A stretch of DNA of 59,853 bases, counting the filler. It is 8 parts of 8 records of this genome, joined end to end, with 100 filler letters (N's around TTAATTAATTAA, not from the genome) between each part and the next. Parts side by side here need not be neighbours in the genome. Positions count along the whole stretch, not along the records: positions 52,424 to 59,853 come from SRR31156797_26979; 7 more parts are not named here. One strand, written 5' to 3'. The notes beneath the pieces are model-generated. The model made no database searches. It worked only from the letters and a program-made list of their open reading frames with translations, and was not told the DNA's origin. Positions 58,010-59,853 of this stretch are shown one piece after another. A program made the position numbers and the translations under genes. The stretch's first letter is position 1. Every line of letters starts with the position of its first letter.

Positions 58010-59662
58010 TTATTCGCTGTATCCGATCGCAGCTTGATAATACTCAAGCTGTTTCGCACGGCCGAGACGGTTGGTCACCGCCTCCCACGATTCTGCGGTG
58101 TTGTCCAAGGCCTCCTTGGCGGTGAGCGATCCGCCCATCGTCGAGGAAAGGTTCTTGTCGAGGATGTCCCAGTACTCGAAAGTGCCGGGAATGCGCAGAT
58201 AGGTCAGGGACGTATCGGCATAGAAGTTTTCCTGATAGGCACCGGTGTACGTCTTGACGTCTTCGCCATCCCAACCGGCCTTGATGTAGTCCTCAACCGT
58301 TGCCGAACCGAAGGGCTTCAGGAACTGATAGCTGAATCCCGGATCGACACCGGTCCAGCCGTTCTGGGAACTCCAGAGCGAAACCGGCTTGACGGCCATC
58401 AGCGACAGGAACGAATAGGTCGCTTCTGGATTGGCCGAGAAGTTGGAGACCACGCCGTGCCAGGAACCGCCCGTCGTGTTGCCGACCGCTTTCGGATTGG
58501 CGACCTTGACGAACTGCTTCTTTTCCATGTCGTAGTATTCTTCGGAAGCGGGCAGGATCGCCGCCGCGCAGTCGCCCTTGATCTTCGAGCGGCTGGTATC
58601 TTGGCACAACGAGCCGACGTCGCCCCAGCTGAAGACAAACACGGATTTGCCGCGCAGGAAATAATCCCACGCTTCGCCCAGGCTCCAGCCGACCTGTGCG
58701 GCCGGGCCGGTCTTATGCAGGGATTGCAGGAATTCGAGCGCCTTCAAGTGGCCGGGGCTGTTGATCAGCGGCTTCATGTCGGTCGGATCGAACCAGTAGA
58801 CATTGTGGTATTTGTCCACCTTCGGACCCGGCGTGACGGCGAAGGATGCCGACAGGGACTGGAAGTGATAGTGGCCCTGTTCGCCGACCTTTAGGTGCAG
58901 GACCATGCCGGCGTCGGGATCGGCGTCGTTCGAATCCCAGTTCTTGCCGTTGAAGTATGTGGCGATGTCGAGAAGCTGCTGCCACGTTTTCGGCGGCGAC
59001 GGCAGGTCGTAACCGAACTCTTTCTTGAAGGCTGCCTTGTGTTCGGCGTTCTCGAGCGCGCTCTTGCGATAGTAAAGGACCTGGCCGTCGGCGTCGTTCA
59101 GCACGCCATAGCTTTCGCCTTGCCAGGTGTGCAGGGCCTTCAAGGCCGGTGGCATGACGTCATAGGTCCATTTCGGGTATTCGCCCGATTGCATGAATTC
59201 GTCGATCGGATAGGCATACCCGTTCGGCACGATATCGCCGTACCAGAAGGCACCGACCATGAACGCGTCGTATTGCCCGCTGCCGTTTCTTAGATCGAGC
59301 ATCATTTTCGTGTAGTGCTCGGCGAACGGCAGTTCGATGACGTTGATTTTGCCGCCGGTCAATTCCTCCCAGACCGGCCGGAAGGCGTGCAAGGGGCCGG
59401 AAATTCCGCCCTTGGGGCCGCTGGCGTTGACGGTAAGGCTGATTTCCACCCCTTCGAAGGGTTGTTCGTTGGGTCCGAACAGGCTGCCCAGATCCTCGGC
59501 CTTCACGTTAATCACGGTGTTGTCGTAGTTGGGGCCGAGTTTAAGGTCGACGGTCCCGTCGCTTTTCCAGTCAACGAACTGGCCGGCGGTTGCCGAAGTC
59601 GCCACCATCATCGCTGCGATGGCGGTCGACCAGTAGAATCGTTTACCTAGCATTTTTTGCAT
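58010..59662 (-). CDS. Carbohydrate ABC transporter substrate-binding protein
   Basis: Signal peptide, WEELTGGKINVIELP, DGQVLYYRK, PPKTWQQL. First gene of the ABC operon. Confidence 0.9.
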   Translation of the reverse strand: MQKMLGKRFYWSTAIAAMMVATSATAGQFVDWKSDGTVDLKLGPNYDNTVINVKAEDLGSLFGPNEQPFEGVEISLTVNASGPKGGISGPLHAFRPVWEELTGGKINVIELPFAEHYTKMMLDLRNGSGQYDAFMVGAFWYGDIVPNGYAYPIDEFMQSGEYPKWTYDVMPPALKALHTWQGESYGVLNDADGQVLYYRKSALENAEHKAAFKKEFGYDLPSPPKTWQQLLDIATYFNGKNWDSNDADPDAGMVLHLKVGEQGHYHFQSLSASFAVTPGPKVDKYHNVYWFDPTDMKPLINSPGHLKALEFLQSLHKTGPAAQVGWSLGEAWDYFLRGKSVFVFSWGDVGSLCQDTSRSKIKGDCAAAILPASEEYYDMEKKQFVKVANPKAVGNTTGGSWHGVVSNFSANPEATYSFLSLMAVKPVSLWSSQNGWTGVDPGFSYQFLKPFGSATVEDYIKAGWDGEDVKTYTGAYQENFYADTSLTYLRIPGTFEYWDILDKNLSSTMGGSLTAKEALDNTAESWEAVTNRLGRAKQLEYYQAAIGYSE

Positions 59663-59853
59663 CTCCTCTCTCCCTTCCACCAAGCCGCCTCTCGTTAGTG
59701 GAAACGGCTTGATTGGACTAGTCACCCAAGTTGGCCGGGAACCGCCCTGGATTCCTCTTCCTTTTTCGTCCGCCGGAACCGGTATTGCCCGGTGCCGACG
59801 TCGAAATGCTCCCGCGTGTCTCCCGGCGGGGAGCGTTGGTCAAAATCGCCCGG

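Overview
This window is not one locus. It is eight unrelated contigs joined by artificial 100-nt linkers (N44-TTAATTAATTAA-N44). Taxonomy below is inferred from composition and protein style. (1) 1-9664, spirochaete-like: folC, an atypical HisD homolog, an FHA protein, cheY, an NrdR-regulated class III ribonucleotide reductase operon and an acyl-CoA synthetase. In the operon the glycyl-radical domain is split off as a separate thioredoxin-fused protein. (2) 9765-16451, very AT-rich: TetR-TolC-MFP-RND efflux operon. (3) 16552-21875, Bacteroidota: panD fragment and a lipoprotein/TonB-receptor cluster. (4) 21976-32928, Alphaproteobacteria: housekeeping genes (M23-bactofilin, lytic transglycosylase, dapA, smpB, two GSTs, thrH). 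(5) 33029-38459, Bacteroidota accessory/defence region: an Rpn nuclease in an integron-like (attC-like) cassette, then an IS110 element inserted at the next cassette junction, a metallophosphoesterase, an AbiE-like toxin-antitoxin pair and a truncated hsdS. The IS110 ends, circle-junction promoter and a candidate bridge RNA can be read from the sequence. (6) 38560-44129, Planctomycetota-like: panB, hldE, MoxR. (7) 44230-52323, Alphaproteobacteria: hopanoid cluster with a non-canonical GT4 + PIG-L pair. (8) 52424-59853, Alphaproteobacteria: sugar ABC transporter, ketol-isomerase, an uncharacterised aldolase-fold gene and a TAXI receptor. The strongest leads are the attC-targeting IS110/bridge-RNA system with its Bacteroidota cassette sites, and the split class III RNR.
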